Positions 1 to 14,549 of a DNA stretch of 64,000 nucleotides are shown here, piece by piece; the stretch's first letter is position 1; the number at the start of each line of letters is the position of its first letter. Made by a program: the position numbers and the translations under genes. This DNA is from Amoeboaphelidium protococcarum X5 (Eukaryota > Fungi > Aphelidiomycota), in the NCBI GenBank assembly GCA_023515725.1, contig JALDTO010000179.1:266052-330051 (forward strand), in the 5' to 3' direction. The notes beneath the pieces are model-generated. The model searched no databases and was not told the origin of the DNA. It saw only the letters and a program-made list of their open reading frames with translations.

Positions 1-1079
1 AGCTAGTCCATCACGAAACTACTACTGCTAGACTCATCAAGTTACTCTTTAAGATAATCCAGCTATTTCCTCAACTCTTAAACCTCCTACTAAGCGGCAT
101 TATACTTGCTCTAAATTTCCTAAAGCTTACTCAACTCCTTCACTTTTCTACTCAATTCCAACTACAAATCATCCTTTACCTATTTTAATTAGATCAATGC
201 AAACTTTAGCTACTTTTAATCAATTTGCAATTTATCATTAACCTCTGAAGATGCAGACTACTCATTCTATTGCATAACTTCCAACTACTGCTGCTATTCC
301 AATTACAGTTCTTCAATTTCCATTTACAAGATTTCAATTCGTTCATCAGCCAGCTCCTTGTCTAGCTGTAAAGATTCATAATCTGATGATAATTGTGTGT
401 ACTAAGCCAAAACTTTCTCATACTTTAACGTCAAATCCCGAATCTTGGCCAGATCTTTACTCCTCAACTCTTCATTTCTCTAAATCAGTAATTTCAGCTA
501 AGTGACACTTCCAACTTATTATTATTATTATTAATGTTGCTGCTGTTACTTCTTTTGCTATTCCTATTACATTGCAACTGATGATGATGACTATTATTAT
601 GCCGCGATATTCTATTTAACCGTGGTACTAGATGGAGCCATAGTTTAGCGCCTAGACGGCCGCCTGCTCAACTCTCCGGCACCATCTTCTGGCTCCTCTC
701 TAATCATCTCATTCTCAGTATTACCAGAACTTGCCTTAACACTGCCAGATTATTAAGAAGCTCCTTTCATTAGTGGCATACTCTAACGCTTATTCTTCAT
801 CTCCTGACTATTGTGACTGCCACTAGAAGCTGGTTTATTAACATCATTGGTTCGAAGCTTAGATTCTAGTTGGAATGATCGCACAAAGAGACCATGATTA
901 TTAGGACATGTAAAATACCATTCACCGTTAACACTTCCGTCATTCTTACCATTAGGCTCAACCAGTTCAATACCGACCCACTCACCAGTACTAAACTTTG
1001 TGCTACCAATAAACTTGATCACACCCTTGCCATAATTTGACAAATCCACAGAATCACCAACCTTGTGCTTCACATTCAT
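1..1079 (-). CDS. DCTN1: Dynactin p150Glued/Nip100 (CAP-Gly domain plus coiled coil); 3' end runs off the window
   Basis: ATG at 1079. CAP-Gly motif WVGIELVEPNGKNDGSV..YFTC..NHGLFVR. The frame continues through TAG at 783 into a Ser/Gln-rich linker and a long coiled coil when TAR=Gln. Confidence 0.85.
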
Positions 1080-1699
1080 TAATATAATTTTATTTAATTT
1101 AAAAAGTAATATGAGGAACTCTCCAACCAATAGTAAAGAAAATAAAGGTTATAACACTGTAAAAGCACAGACAGACTGACTGACGTAGTAGAAAGAATAC
1201 CTTATGAACTGTACTGTAAGTGAGAAGCGTTGAGGAAGACGCGCGATTCTCGGGTGAATTGAAGGAAATTTGATCACGCGCGCGTATTGTTTCAAGTCGG
1301 ACGCCACCGCTGTTGCCCATTGTTTTTACTGATCGTGAACGGCCGTGGTTTCAACAGTGTCAATACATACAGTAGATACTCAAGACAGGATGCTCTGTAT
1401 GTGTAGAATGTAGCCTTGTCATGAAGGTAATTAATTTATTGCATTGACGCTTCTGATTGGTAGTGTCGCTATAAATATCATGCATATCACCGTTGCTATA
1501 ACATCTGCCAGTGTTGCTTTATCCTGACTCTACACCTCTCTTCATTACAGCTAACACGGCAACGTACATCCAATAAATTGTTATACACCTATTGTATAAT
1601 ATTGGTATAATAACTATCTAGAACAATACTCACTCTAACTTTGATTAGACTATATTGAAAGCATAGTGCGTGTTTGCATACAGTACTTTAATCTGGAAA

Positions 1700-3940
1700 A
1701 TGGACTTCATCTTCAATACAATTAAGTTGTAAAATAGCGACACTTACTGTAATGGGGCAGTGTAAAAGCATTTAAGCGATGAGATTCTGGTTGCTTGTCA
1801 GACATCGAATCCCAACATGGCTTACTTGGTCTCAATTAATCCTAGCAATTTCTCGCGTTACTCCGTTGCTTTTCAACAGTCCTTGACCACATAATGGCAA
1901 TTCAAGTCTATTGTGCTGGACTCTACTGATAACATATTCATGCTGATGCAAGGTCCCATTACGTCTGCAAATTAATTGGTTTCAGTGAACAAATTAAACT
2001 CGAATTACAGTCTTGTGTTTGCCTCTTTATTGAGTGGCGATTCCGTTGGTGTTTATGGGGTCAGCTTGTCTATTACGTCGGGTGCAATTACATAGGATGG
2101 AGACTTGCTTTACATTGGGTCTTAGTATAACACGTCGACTGAAAATGGCAATTACGTAAAGCAGCCAGAGGATTCAATGTACGGTATTTTATACAAGAAT
2201 GGCACCTAAGGGCCACGCGAGGTGAGGTATAGTCCTTAAGTGGTGGACTATCTAACTGATGTTGACACTTTTGATGGGAGGACTTTCGCTTTAGTGGGCA
2301 AGTATAATACGTCTGGCGCTGTGTATTTTGTGCATGCTAACCTCTCTTTAATCGGATTCTAATATACTGGTGGTAATGTGGTTGATTCGTCTTACTCCTC
2401 TGTCTATGCCACTCAGTAGTATTTTTATACGGCTGGGCCTCGACTTTCTGTTGACGCTTCATATTATCAGACTTTACTGAGCAGGTTTCATCGGGTAAAC
2501 TTTACACAGGATTTTAGGTTTGGTTCTTTGGTATCTGCCGTCAACCGTAGCTTGTACATCCCGGATTTATTCATGGATGAGTCGAGGGATCTCATCTATG
2601 CTGCCGTTAGCGTTATTGGAGATGAGTATAGAGGATTTGGCTACCTGAAAATGTAGGCGTCCAATTTTTCAGATTATCAGTTTGAAGTCTATACTTCATC
2701 ATACTATGTGCCAGTGTCAATCAATCTGCTGCGTAACGAAAGCGTGATTATGACAGGCTCTGGTCAAGTGAATGGGTCTATTCCTTTCTACTGGGTTGAA
2801 AACTCTACTTATGCCTCTGCCTCTCCGCCGGTTGTTGTTTCGTCTGCACTAGTTACTGCGTCCACATCCACGGTCTCTACGTCAACAACGTCTACCACCA
2901 GCACGCTCACTCCTACTGCAACTACTACTACGTCCACAACAACTCCTAGGACTACCACTACTATTAAGACGTCCACAACAACTACTAGGACTACTCCGTC
3001 TACTACATCCACAAGTACAACCACTCTTACGACTACGACAACTACTCCTAGGACATCTACTACGACCACTACAACTACTACTACTACGACTACTACAACT
3101 AGCACTACTACTACTACGACCACTACGACACCAACTACTACAACGACAACGACAACGACTTCCAGTGCTACGAGACCGACGACTACGACTACTTCATTGG
3201 TAACCAGTAGTATAAATCCGCTGCAAACAACCTCCTCGAGTGTATAAGATCTTTTGACACCTCTGCCATTGTCAATCAAAGCCATCACAACTTCAACTAC
3301 AGCAGATGGCACAGCAACCCTATACTCGTCCACACCTGCTGGTTAGCTTCTTAGTAGCGCTTATTTTGACTCCTAAAGCTCTGCTGCCACGACGAAATCT
3401 GCTGGACCGATGACATTTTCTGAGTCTATGGAATCTCTGAATTTTAGTACCGTCTCTGCTACCAGTTTATAGTCAACTAGTAATTAATTGACAGTATTGG
3501 GTGACAGTGTGACCGTCAGTAGTCAAAAACTTACATAGTAAACAACTCCACAGGGTACGCCTAAAGTGTCTGAATTTATTACATTTGGTATTGGCAACAC
3601 TGTTTTTAATTCTCAAACTGTGGCTGGTGGTGACAGTGGTAATAGCAATACTAACAGCAATAATGTGTCTGGTAATTAGAATTCCGGAGCCGTGTCCTTC
3701 TTCTCTGATACGAACAAATTGGCAGCTGTTGCAGCAGCATTTGTAGTTCTGGTCAGTATTATGATGTACGCGTTGGCCAAGTGTGTAAAGAGGCGTAAGG
3801 CTAGAAAGTGGGCCTAGTAGAACAATTACAATAACACCACCACCACAACCACAACCATGGATATGAACGGGATGACGGCCATGAATGCCACCATCCCACT
3901 GCAGCAGACGACAATGTTATAATACAACCAGCAAAATTGA
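1700..3940 (+). CDS. Type I membrane surface protein, paralog 1: beta-rich N-glycosylated head, Thr/Ser mucin stalk, C-terminal TM helix
   Basis: TGA-free frame from ATG 1700 to TGA 3938-3940, with many NxS/T sequons, poly-Thr at 2860-3240 and TM LAAVAAAFVVLVSIMMYALA followed by KRRK. The true start is probably upstream, in a hydrophobic signal-like exon at about 1390-1510. Confidence 0.75.
2860..3240 (+). repeat. ACN-codon low-complexity repeat (poly-Thr mucin stalk)
   Basis: Runs of act/acg/aca codons inside paralog 1. Confidence 0.9.
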
Positions 3941-4224
3941 TGTAAACTATGATTGTTAAAAAAAGTTATGAGAATAATATAAAAAATTAATGTAATATAA
4001 CTTTCATAACTTTACCAACACCTTCAGTTTCTGTGTGCGATGAGTGCGAACTACCGTCGTTGATTGGCAGCTAATTTTAGATTGGAGGTGGTGCATATAA
4101 TGATAATGCTCTAAATTGACAGCATCACCGCCTTCTTTCCAGTTTAATAACCAACCTTCACACCCTCTTTTTGACATTCAATCGATAATTGATAATCTCT
4201 GGCTATTTTAATTGATTTATTAAT

Positions 4225-6522
4225 ATGCAGGCATCATAAAACTATCATTATCAGAATCTGCAAGTGGCTGGCTCTCCATCGTGTTTCAATGGCGTCTAAA
4301 TGCACTTAAATGACAACATCCTTATCGCTTGTCATGCATATAATCCTTCAAGAGCAATGATAATAACCGTAAATCCTAGCAATTTTACGCGTTATTCTAT
4401 TGCGTATTAAATGGATACAGAATTACAGTTAACCTTCTTGCTACTGGACTCCAGCGATAACATTTACATGTTTCTAAATCCTTAGTAGAATGGCTCTATC
4501 CTAAAGGCTTCTGTCAGAAAGTTGACGTCCAACTTCACATACGTTTATTAATCAACTATTGGTAATGGGGTCACCGATGTATTAACATCCGGAGCTTTCA
4601 CTTCTACTGGTGATCTTATCTTTGGGGGATATACGAGAGGGTTTTTTGCCGGAACATTTGTCGGTGGTTCGTCAGATGCTATCTGTGGTATCTTGTAATA
4701 AAATGGCTTGATGGGAACAAAAAAACAATTTGGCACTTATTATAACGATAAAATCTTGGATATTGAAAGCTTTGATGGGCAGTATTTTGCTTTGGCTGGG
4801 TAGCATTCAGATACTGGCGTTGTCAGATTCTTTCATGCCAACTTAACCCAGATTAGGGAATCCTAACAATTCACTTCGCTGAACTTTGCCTACTTCTCTG
4901 CAGTGCATGCAACGGATTAATATTTCTACTTATCTGGCAGTGCGCGCACGTATAGTTAATCCAAAATTTATGGTTTATTGAATCGTTATCACCGTGGCAA
5001 TTTCTCATATGACGAAACCTTTGAAAGAATTGTGTCAAATAACAATATGGACGTATACGCGCCCGATATATTTGTGGATGAAGAAGCAGATATTCTCTAC
5101 GCAGCGATAGTGAATGTATACTATGGTAATAACTACTTGGGTATTATGAGGTTAATTGTCTCCAATTAGACCGATTTAGACTCCCCCATCTACACAAATT
5201 TGCCTAGTTCGCAGGCAATTTCTATTTAATTGCTGAGGAGTAAAAATGTAGTAATTACTGGCTCTGGGTCGGGAAGTGGGCTGACTCCTTTCTACTGGGC
5301 AGAGAATTACACGTATCCCTCTGCTGCACCATTAAATGGGCCACCCAGTTTGACTACTACAACTACATCGCTGAATACTCGCACTTCATCGTCCACCTCT
5401 AGGATTACAACTTCGATCAAGAGTAGCAGTACTAGCTCTTACAGTACTGTTGTAACTACGTCAACAAGGACTACTACTACTGCTACTTCTACTACTACTA
5501 TTGCTACTACTACTAAGAATTCTACTTCTACTACTACTGCTACTACTACTACTGCTACTACGAGTTCTACTACTGCTATTACGAGTTCTACTACTGCTAT
5601 TACGAGTACTACTACTGCTACCACGAGTACTATCATGAAGACAATTGCTTCATCAACTGCGACATCAAGTGATGCCTTGATAGCAACGACAAGTCGCAGC
5701 ACATCCTCTATATTCACGACTACCGAGATTCTGGAGTCTTCTGCCACCACCACTTCCGTCATAACTTCAAGTTCGAGAGCTACCAGTAGCGCTTCCGGTA
5801 CGTCTGATTAAGCGTCTGTATTGTCAACAAATTCTGTTGGATCATAGTCTAATTCGAAGTAATCAAGTTCTCAGACCACTACTAGCACATTGCATTAGTC
5901 ATAATCAGAGTCTTCAAGTGCGCCATTCGAGTCTACTATCACGTCGATCAAACTTATTAGCTCAACTGCATCTGATCTGATGTAGTCATAATCAGGCAGT
6001 CCAACTTCCACTTTGATTTCATCTACTGACTAATTGACATCAATAGTGATTAATGTTACTCCATCTGTGCAGTCTGGTATCATCATTACTACTAGCAGTT
6101 ATAAGTTGAGTGTGGTGCCTGTTGATGGCTCGAGTTCTATGGCTCTACCATCCTCTGCAGGCTACATTACTTTTAATCCTATTCTGTAGTCCGGCTCAAG
6201 CTTATCGACCAGTGTTGATACTCGTGATAATGGTGGCAATAATAATAATAATAACTCGCTGGTCAACCAAAGCTCCCCTGCTGCCAACTTCTTCGCCGAT
6301 ACTACCAGAATAGTATCTCTAACGGCCGGGTTTATTATTTTGCTAACTATCGCCATAGTTGTAGGCTTCAGAGTAGTTAGGAAACGCAGAGCTAATGCTC
6401 GTGCTAAATTGGCCGTGATTGAGCAGAGTACTTATGAATCTCCTACGGTAATTGCTGCTATGAACGCCACCATCCCTTTGCAGTAAACCACAATGACGCA
6501 GCAATACAGTTCTTATACGTGA
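4225..6522 (+). CDS. Type I membrane surface protein, paralog 2 (tandem duplicate of the previous gene)
   Basis: TGA-free frame from 4225 to TGA 6520-6522. Shares NPSNF.RYS.A, LDS.DNI, PD.F.DE, TGSG...PFYW.EN.TY.SA and tail AMNATIPLQQTTM with paralog 1. TM IVSLTAGFIILLTIAIVVGF. The 5' exon is uncertain (possible acceptor taatatgcag at 4230). Confidence 0.75.
5440..5640 (+). repeat. Thr/Ser low-complexity repeat including a 21-nt tandem unit (acgagttctactactgctatt)
   Basis: TSSTTAI repeated 2-3 times within the stalk. Confidence 0.85.
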
Positions 6523-6685
6523 TAAATTTGATGAAAAATGAATGAATAAAATGCAACAGTATTATCGAATGTTTTAGTTGGGAATTAGAAAATAGTAACT
6601 TGTCTCAACTTCACCTTTTTTACTTGTTATAGTTATTATTGTTGTCTACCGTCTAACGCCTTCGCCTTAGACAAGCACCCGTAGG

Positions 6686-7609
6686 ATGGCGTAAATCTAT
6701 AGAACAATACAAGATTAGATTAACGTAAGGGGACCAACTTATGTGGTGAAATGGAGCGGCAATAATAGACACTGTCTCGCTGGTGGACTGGATAAAGAAA
6801 TCCGTCTATATAATCCGCATTTGGAATCTGATCAGTGTATATAAAGATACAGCGGCCATTAAGCTGCCGTGCATTGTATTGCTATATCACCGCATATCAA
6901 TGAGAGTTTCGTATCTGGCGGTGCGGATGGTAGAGCATTGGTATGGGATGTTCTAAGTGGTAAAGTGATTCAGAAGTTGAGTGCCCATCAACTGCGGATC
7001 AACGACATATGTGTGAATGATGAATTGTCTGTGATGGCCACTGCGTCTTAAGATTCGCTGGTCAAGCTGTGGGATATTCGATAGAAGATGCGCGCATAAG
7101 TTTAAATCTAAGAATTATCTGATGCCACAGATAGTGTAAGTTCTGTATCTATGAGTCGATATATGATCGCTGCAGCCAGTATTGACGGTCACGTTCGTGT
7201 GTATGATATTCGCCGAGGATAGCTGGACGCGTTCTATATAGACGGTGGTGATAATAGTGGAATACCATGCACCAAATGTATTATAAATCAAGATTAGAAC
7301 GCGATTTTGGTCTCATCGTTAGATAATAGTGCTCGATTGATTGATCTGACGAATGGAGATGTTCTCAATCTGTTCACTGGTCATGTTAATCTTGAATACA
7401 AAATTGATAGCTGTTTAATAAATAATGAATCTTAGGTAGTTTGTGGATCTGAAGATGGCCGAATTGTTGTATATGATATGATAGATGGTACTATAACATC
7501 TGAGGTGAAAGTGTCTCAGAGCCAAGTGCTTGCAATTGATGTTAACCAGAAGAATGACCTCATGGTATCCACAGGCACCGGCAGCATAAATCTGATCAAG
7601 ACACTATGA
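6686..7609 (+). CDS. WDR83: WD40 protein WDR83/MORG1-like
   Basis: WD repeats: DKEIRLYNP, IQRYSGH, SGGADGRALVWD, TASQDSLVKLWDIR, ASIDGHVRVYDIR, GHVNLEYKIDSC, CGSEDGRI. Ends at TGA 7607-7609. Confidence 0.8.
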
Positions 7610-7708
7610 TGAAATAGATGATAATTTTGTACATTAGCATTATATGTACAGTTGGCATTCTTATCGCATAAGTATTCAGATAAAGCAAGACACTTACACA
7701 CGTGTGGC

Positions 7709-9928
7709 TCATCTTCTTGGAGGCCATGCACTCTTGAGTTTAGTCTACTGCGTGGATGTCGACTTTTACACCTTGGAGGTTGTATTAGCGGATGATTCTG
7801 TACCTTTACGCTTTCTGGATGTTTACTTGGTGGCGGCTGTTTGCGGCTTGACAGTATTTTTCACACTATCCAATGATCCATCAAAGTTTTCAATATTACC
7901 ACCGCCATCAGACTCCAAGACTATGATATCGTCATTGTCATTAACATTCACAATATCACCACCGCCAATATCGCTATCGTCAATCTCAACCACTGAGCTC
8001 GCTTTTCTCTATCTCTTTTGAGCAGATGTTGAACTAGCTTTACTCTTACCAACACGACTGGATGACGATGCTTTAGCTCTGGATGTAGACGCGCCAACCT
8101 TATCATCATCAGGAAATATCAAGGTATCTTGCATAAACTCTGCATCCATAGCAGTTTGCTCTCTTCCAACATATGGATCATACGCAACATTAGTATTAAA
8201 TTACGTTGGCGCCACCGAGTCGGCTTGAGTTTACGTAGCAGCAACTCCTCCAGCTGTTGCCATCTATGATTACTGTTGAGTCACAATATCTTGTTACTTG
8301 TCGTATTTGGTATCATCCTGAGATAAACTGTACTTTGAATCCTAATCGTACTTGAGTCCCTTCCGAGCTTTCAACTCTTTGAGAACAATGATAATGTCAT
8401 TATCAGTGTTCAACTCCATCTACTTGTTCAGAGTCAGCTCTTTATTAGTGCTATCGATGTTAAGATCCACATATTCTCTGATCGCATCCTTGTCATCCTT
8501 CTAAACAAATTTAGTGATCGACTCGTGCAGACCACTCTCTGGTAACATGGTTAACTCTTGCATGTTAAGGTACTCATTGACTAACTAATCAACCTGCACA
8601 GAGTCTAATTTAATCGCTTCACTCTACTAAATCAACAACTGTTACTACACCTACTGTGTTGTAGTATTCCCACCGAGCTTTGAATTGTACAAACGCCTCT
8701 TGAAAAAGTATACGAGATCTTTAGGATTAGCAACTTTACCCACGTACTATTGACTAAATCTGGCAGTATGGAAAGTGGTAAACTCACCAGTATAGTCAAT
8801 CTTTAAACGGATAAGTGGCAGAGGCGGTTCTACACCAGCTGCATCATCATCCACATTCTGCTCCCTCCATTTGCGTCTAGCTTCTGTCACCATATCATCC
8901 AGAATTGTACAAATGTACTTGTGAATACCTTTCTAATCCAATCTATTTATACCACTATCCTGAAGAACGATGCTCCTCACCACAAATGGTCTTACAGTCT
9001 TCAGAGGAACTTTTTGAATATTAAACTAGTTATTAACGCCAATAGTCAGAATACCAACATGTTTATCAATAGATTCTCCATCACTCAGACTGGTGGCAAT
9101 CGAACTTCCCGGCTACGTGATGTAGAACTGCTACTAATCATTGTACTCCACATCAATGCGGCAATCATGTTCATGTCCCCAGAATACTAAATCTATGAGA
9201 GGATCTATGAAACCCTCCGGCACATAACTGGTGTCAGTATGCTTTACTCGATTCTAATGAAGAACCAAAATATTGAACCATCTACCACCACCACCATCAT
9301 TATCGGACTCACTTTCATGATGTTTAAGCAGCGTCACTTTACCCTCTCTGAAGCATCGGTACAACCGCTCATCACGAACATTACCAAGACCGTAAATGGC
9401 AATCTTTATACCGCCCTTCTTCAGCAATAGGGGACTAATTTCAATCTTGTCTAGAGTTGGCTATTTGCCAAAATAATTCACGTAATTGGCATTGGACAGG
9501 ATATCGATGCTGCTATAACCTTATTGCGATGGATCATCATGATTACCGTGTATGGTAAAGATTGGCATCTGAATATTAATGTCTGGATTCTAAATGTTCA
9601 CCTGGGCAAACTTGTCATGAAAATTCACTGATGGATCGCTAAAGTAGTCGAAAGCTATAGGTCTGCTGCCCATGACGCGACTACGCAGTATCTCCAGAGT
9701 CTTGACAATACACGGCACGGAGGGCCGATTGTCATGAAATAAGTCTCCACCAAGCAAGACGAAATCTACCTGATGCTCAGCCGCAATCTATAAGACTTCA
9801 TTGAACGTGACAAACGAATCATTTCCACGCACGGGATCCTTCTCCATGTATCCAACATGATTATCAGTAGAAATGAGAATTTTGAATTCTTACTGCAACG
9901 GCACTTGACCACTTATTTCTTGATCCAT
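7709..9928 (-). CDS. MRE11: Double-strand break repair nuclease Mre11
   Basis: [63 protein letters not shown]. Confidence 0.97.
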
Positions 9929-10175
9929 AATACTATACGATAATAATAAACGAGTTAAAATTGTGCACCCAGATAGATCTTGAGAATATATGATTAACTA
10001 TCTGTATCCTTGATCCTGATGATTTACAGATGAGAGAAGTGAGAAGAAGAGCGCGAATAGTTTCAATTCAGAATCTTGTTTCATTCCGAAAAGGGATAGA
10101 ACTCCCCTCTGACTCTATCTTATTAGTTAATGGGAATAAGAATTAAAGATGCGGGAAAATATCAAGTATAATCAC

Positions 10176-11879
10176 TCAATCATCATATTTAAGTCGCTAA
10201 AGAGCTTCAGTTCTTCTAATCTCAATGGAAACTTGAGCAATCATGAACGCGTATAAAAAGTACATCAGGATCGCGTACGGATTGTCGACAAACAACTTCT
10301 GCATCAAGTGCGGAATATCTTTGTAATCACGAACACAAAATCCCACAACATTAGCAATGCACATAAAGACAACATTGCATGCATATCCAGCAGCGGTTAA
10401 ATGTCGGTAATATGGCAGGTGGCTTAAATACTTCTGACCCAGTATATTACACAAATATTCAGGAACGATAAAGAGGCAAATCAACCATCCCCATAAGAGC
10501 AGCTTGAACGTGATATCATGCCAGATGGCAACAAATGTAAACACCACCCACATATTGTACAAACGATATTTTGAACCACCGAGAGGAATGTACAAATATC
10601 GAATGATCCACTTGTTGTAAGACTGGTGCCAGTATCTCCAGAAATCTATTCCACTGAATGAGTCGTACATACACCGCACCATGTTCTCAACTGGGTATAT
10701 GCCATCACACAACGCCCAAAATCTAAAGAATCGCCAGATTATTAATAATTTAAGCCAGACAAACATCAAATTGTACACACTGAGAATAGCCACCTGAAGA
10801 CCAGACAAATTCTGCCACGCATTAGCCTTCTGTACAGCGACCACGTACATCATGTGCATCAATGTCTCCATGAGCATAATGACACCAGCGAGACGGAGAC
10901 CATAAACTACTGTTGACTTGAATTCAAGCTTCTTTGATCTTTATGACAATTGAGAGCGATATGTATTAAAAGTAATAATAGGACCAGCGAGATACAAAGG
11001 AATGTATAAACAATACTGAAGGTAATTAACATATGAATACTCTTCAGGCAAACGGCTCCTTTACGCGCGGTACTTGTCACATTTATCACCAGACTACCTG
11101 CACTATACACAAGTCTAATGCTTGGAATCAAGTTTTTGATCACTGCCGTCTGCTGCAGCCTCCAGTTACCATTGGTAATCCATTGCATAAGAAATCATCC
11201 TGAGCACGGTGATATTAAAGGTTACATACCATCTGGACATGAGGCCATTGTTATCATCTAAGGGTGCAAAGCTCTAATGTAAATGAGAGAACTTATATCC
11301 AGAGTGTTAATCATTCAGATAGAGAACTGATATACAATACAACCACACGACAAGAGGCATCAACCATGGTGTCTAAACCGAGGCCAGCGATCTGCATATC
11401 ATGTAGTTTATCGACAAAATAATAAGGATTTTCAACAGACCATTACCATGAAGCACATATAAGAATACTAAAGAAAATACAATCTAGAACAAATGCTGGT
11501 AATTGACAGCGGTAGATTAAAATCTAAGATCAAGAAATCTAGTCCATCTAGACAGTAAGACATGCAACGTCAGACACACGGCAAGTATCGGTATTTTAGT
11601 CCGGAATCCCGAATACTGTAGATCTGAATTATCAATTTATCGCCAGCTACCAAAGATCCAACTATCAGAGAGCAGATGCTAAAATTGGAACCAACTATCG
11701 TTATTCATGGAGCTCACATTCCACATCACAGGAATGGAGATTACATGGATGACTGCAAACAGCATATAGTATAACTTGAACTCTCCAGATAGAAGAAGCG
11801 ATGGCTGATCGCTTGCATATCCATGAGATTTCTTTCTATCAGACATTTATTATTACTAAGATCGCCGAGTATCTGCCAT
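10176..11879 (-). CDS. GUP1: MBOAT O-acyltransferase Gup1/HHAT-like
   Basis: WLKLLIIWRFFRFWALCDG, FWRYWHQSYNKWIIRYLYIPLGG, FTFVAIWHD. ATG 11879 to TGA 10176. Confidence 0.92.
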
Positions 11880-12147
11880 ATTCAATGGAAGTTGCTATTG
11901 CTAATGTTTCCGATCTGCGGGCATATTTCTCAATTGTTTCAAGTGAAGCGACTGGGCGTTTGACGGTGAAGAGAAACAACCCTCTCTCTCACTCTCACTC
12001 TTAGGAGCACGAGGAAACTTTACTCTCAGAATTAACTGTGCGGCGATAAAGTGCACGTCATTTTCGTCTGAACAAAATTCAAATTCTAATATAACAATAA
12101 AAAGAATGAATTAAATGCGCTTTAAGTTATTCAATCTAATGGAAATA

Positions 12148-14316
12148 TCATTGAGTGGAGAACATGAACAGCTCTTTTGAGCCGTGTATCATCTTTGGCA
12201 ACTTGGAAGTGCCAACGATTCTTTCCAGAGCAAGCGCGTCATACTTGGAGTACAATGCAACAACTTTACTATTTCTATCCAGTAGCTCATCCACATCCGC
12301 ATCCGCATTCTTCAAATCCACAAGCATAGATGCAAACTCAGTGTAGAAATGAGCATTAGCCACTGGACCAGAGAACACCAACTGTTTGATGCCGCGAAGA
12401 CGATACCGTCTAAAGTAATGAAATCTCTCAGTCACCACCATGAAATCTCGCTTGCCGTGATAGAAATGCGACCGAGAACGACTAATATCTCCAGCTGAAG
12501 AGTACTCACTTATAGCCACGTACGATAAAGGCTTGGGTGCATCAACGTACTACTCAGCATCAGACTCCAATTTCTCGAACCAGTTCCTCAACTTTAAAAA
12601 TTCTAAATACGTAGGCACAACAATACAGCATCCAAGCCCTTTACCGCCACCAGCCAAATTTAATGATTGCTTGCGCTAATCAGCAACACTCGGTATTATT
12701 GTGTCAATCAAATACTAAAATCTGGAATCTTCAGCATCGATATGAGATGAGACACTACTGACTTTTACAAAAATCTGCTTCAGACCGGGAACTTCAACAT
12801 TAGCCAAACAGCCATCGTACACTTCACGCTTATACTGCACAGAGCCTGCGATATTAAGGCAATACCGATTGCACAAGGCATTCAATTCCGGAAACTAGTG
12901 CCTACTGATAATGATATTCTACCGCACATACTTGGCATTTCCATCCAGATACAGATGCTTCACTCGGGCAAAATCGATATCCTGATTAAAATTCGAAGGC
13001 TTCAAGTTCAAATGCTTGAATACATGTAGCAGGTGGTCCCAGTTCTGCATGGAAACTACATCAGCACCATCCACTACTAGAACTTCGATTGAGGATAGAA
13101 AATCAAAATCGCGATCCTTATCACCCTCCTCCTTGATGATCATTCTCAAACCGAGCGGACTGCAGACCAAGATATCACTACCATAAAAGTCGCTGTACAA
13201 TTTCATTGCTTTCCTCTGCATTTTGATTCCAATACGGAAACAATCATCTATGTTCCCCTCAAATGTTTAAAGATAATCCGCTGGTTTAGCTGAATCAACA
13301 TTGTCCTATTCTGCTGGTAGGGAGAACTCAGTCTAGAATCTCTTCTTGTTCATCACCTACTCAGCTCCGGATAATTGCATAAGACTCTTGATAACCTGCA
13401 ACGCGTCATTCTTAAAAGGCAACACTATGAGAACTTTAGGACGGGAATATCCTTGATCTTTAATCTCTAGATTCTAATCATCAGCCTTTAACTTTTCATT
13501 ATTCTTTATCACTAGATCGCGGGTATGATGCACATGATTAAGTGCATGCAGACAATACTATTCAATAAAAGATTGTCGCTACTAATAAGTCTTGTCAAAT
13601 ATGTGAATATCGCGGTATTCAAGCATATTATGCATCACTGGGGAAGATGCCATTTTCTGATAGGCATCTTACAGTCTCGGCTTGACACTGGTACTAGATT
13701 TACCATAGCGATCATCTGCCTCAAGTTTACTCACTGTAATAATCTGATTATCGATGTGTTACACTTCCTTTATAAAGCGTCTATCCATTCTATTAGCCAT
13801 TTTGTTTTCAAATATCTTCTTCAGTTCAGAGTCCAATCCATAATCAGAGAATTAACCATCATACGCGTTCACGGCAGATTTATCATCAGCGCCATTCTCA
13901 TACTCATCGCTATAATAACTATGTAATTCAACATCTTCATCCTCCCCGCTATCTTAATCTATATAACCGCTGCTTTCAGTATCAGAACTACCATCATCTT
14001 GAGACGAATACTAAGCTATATCAGCGACAGAACTGACACTCTTAGGTGGACTAATCACAGCCAGGAAATCAGCCAAGCGCACCTTCTTCCTCTAATCGGC
14101 AGCGACATGAGTAGTAGTAACAAATTCTTCACCGCCGAGCTTATCGTCATGAGCTTAAGCTTTATATGTGTTATTATAACGCGCATATGCTTCATTGCCA
14201 CGTCTCTTATCCAAATCTTCCTCTTTAATCACAGTGGACACGTCAAGATCAGCTATATCACCCATCTCTGGCAACTGGCCAAACTCTTTGATAAACTTTC
14301 TATCTCTCTTACTCAT
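12148..14316 (-). CDS. UTP25: U3 snoRNA-associated protein Utp25/DIEXF
   Basis: KDQGYSRPKVL, FEGNIDDCFRIG, LYSDFYGSDILVCSPLGLR, MQNWDH, TERFHYFRRYRLRG, LERIVGT. Confidence 0.95.
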
Positions 14317-14549
14317 TTATATATATTTGCTATCACTTAAAAATCGAGCTATTATAATAATATATTATTTCCAAAATATCTGCGTGAATTATTAACTGTA
14401 AAGCAGGACCTCTATCACCAGTTGATGAAAAATGCGAAAAAGGTGAAAATCTCCTTTATACCTTTCACCTCAATCGCCGCACCTTTTATAGAGTTATAAT
14501 AAAATATCTTTTAAGGCGTTCAGCTTTATTTTAGTCAAAATAGAGAGAT

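Noticed and set aside
2809-3333. Poly-Val ORFs (also 5439-5762)
   Set aside because: Antisense reading of poly-Thr codons.
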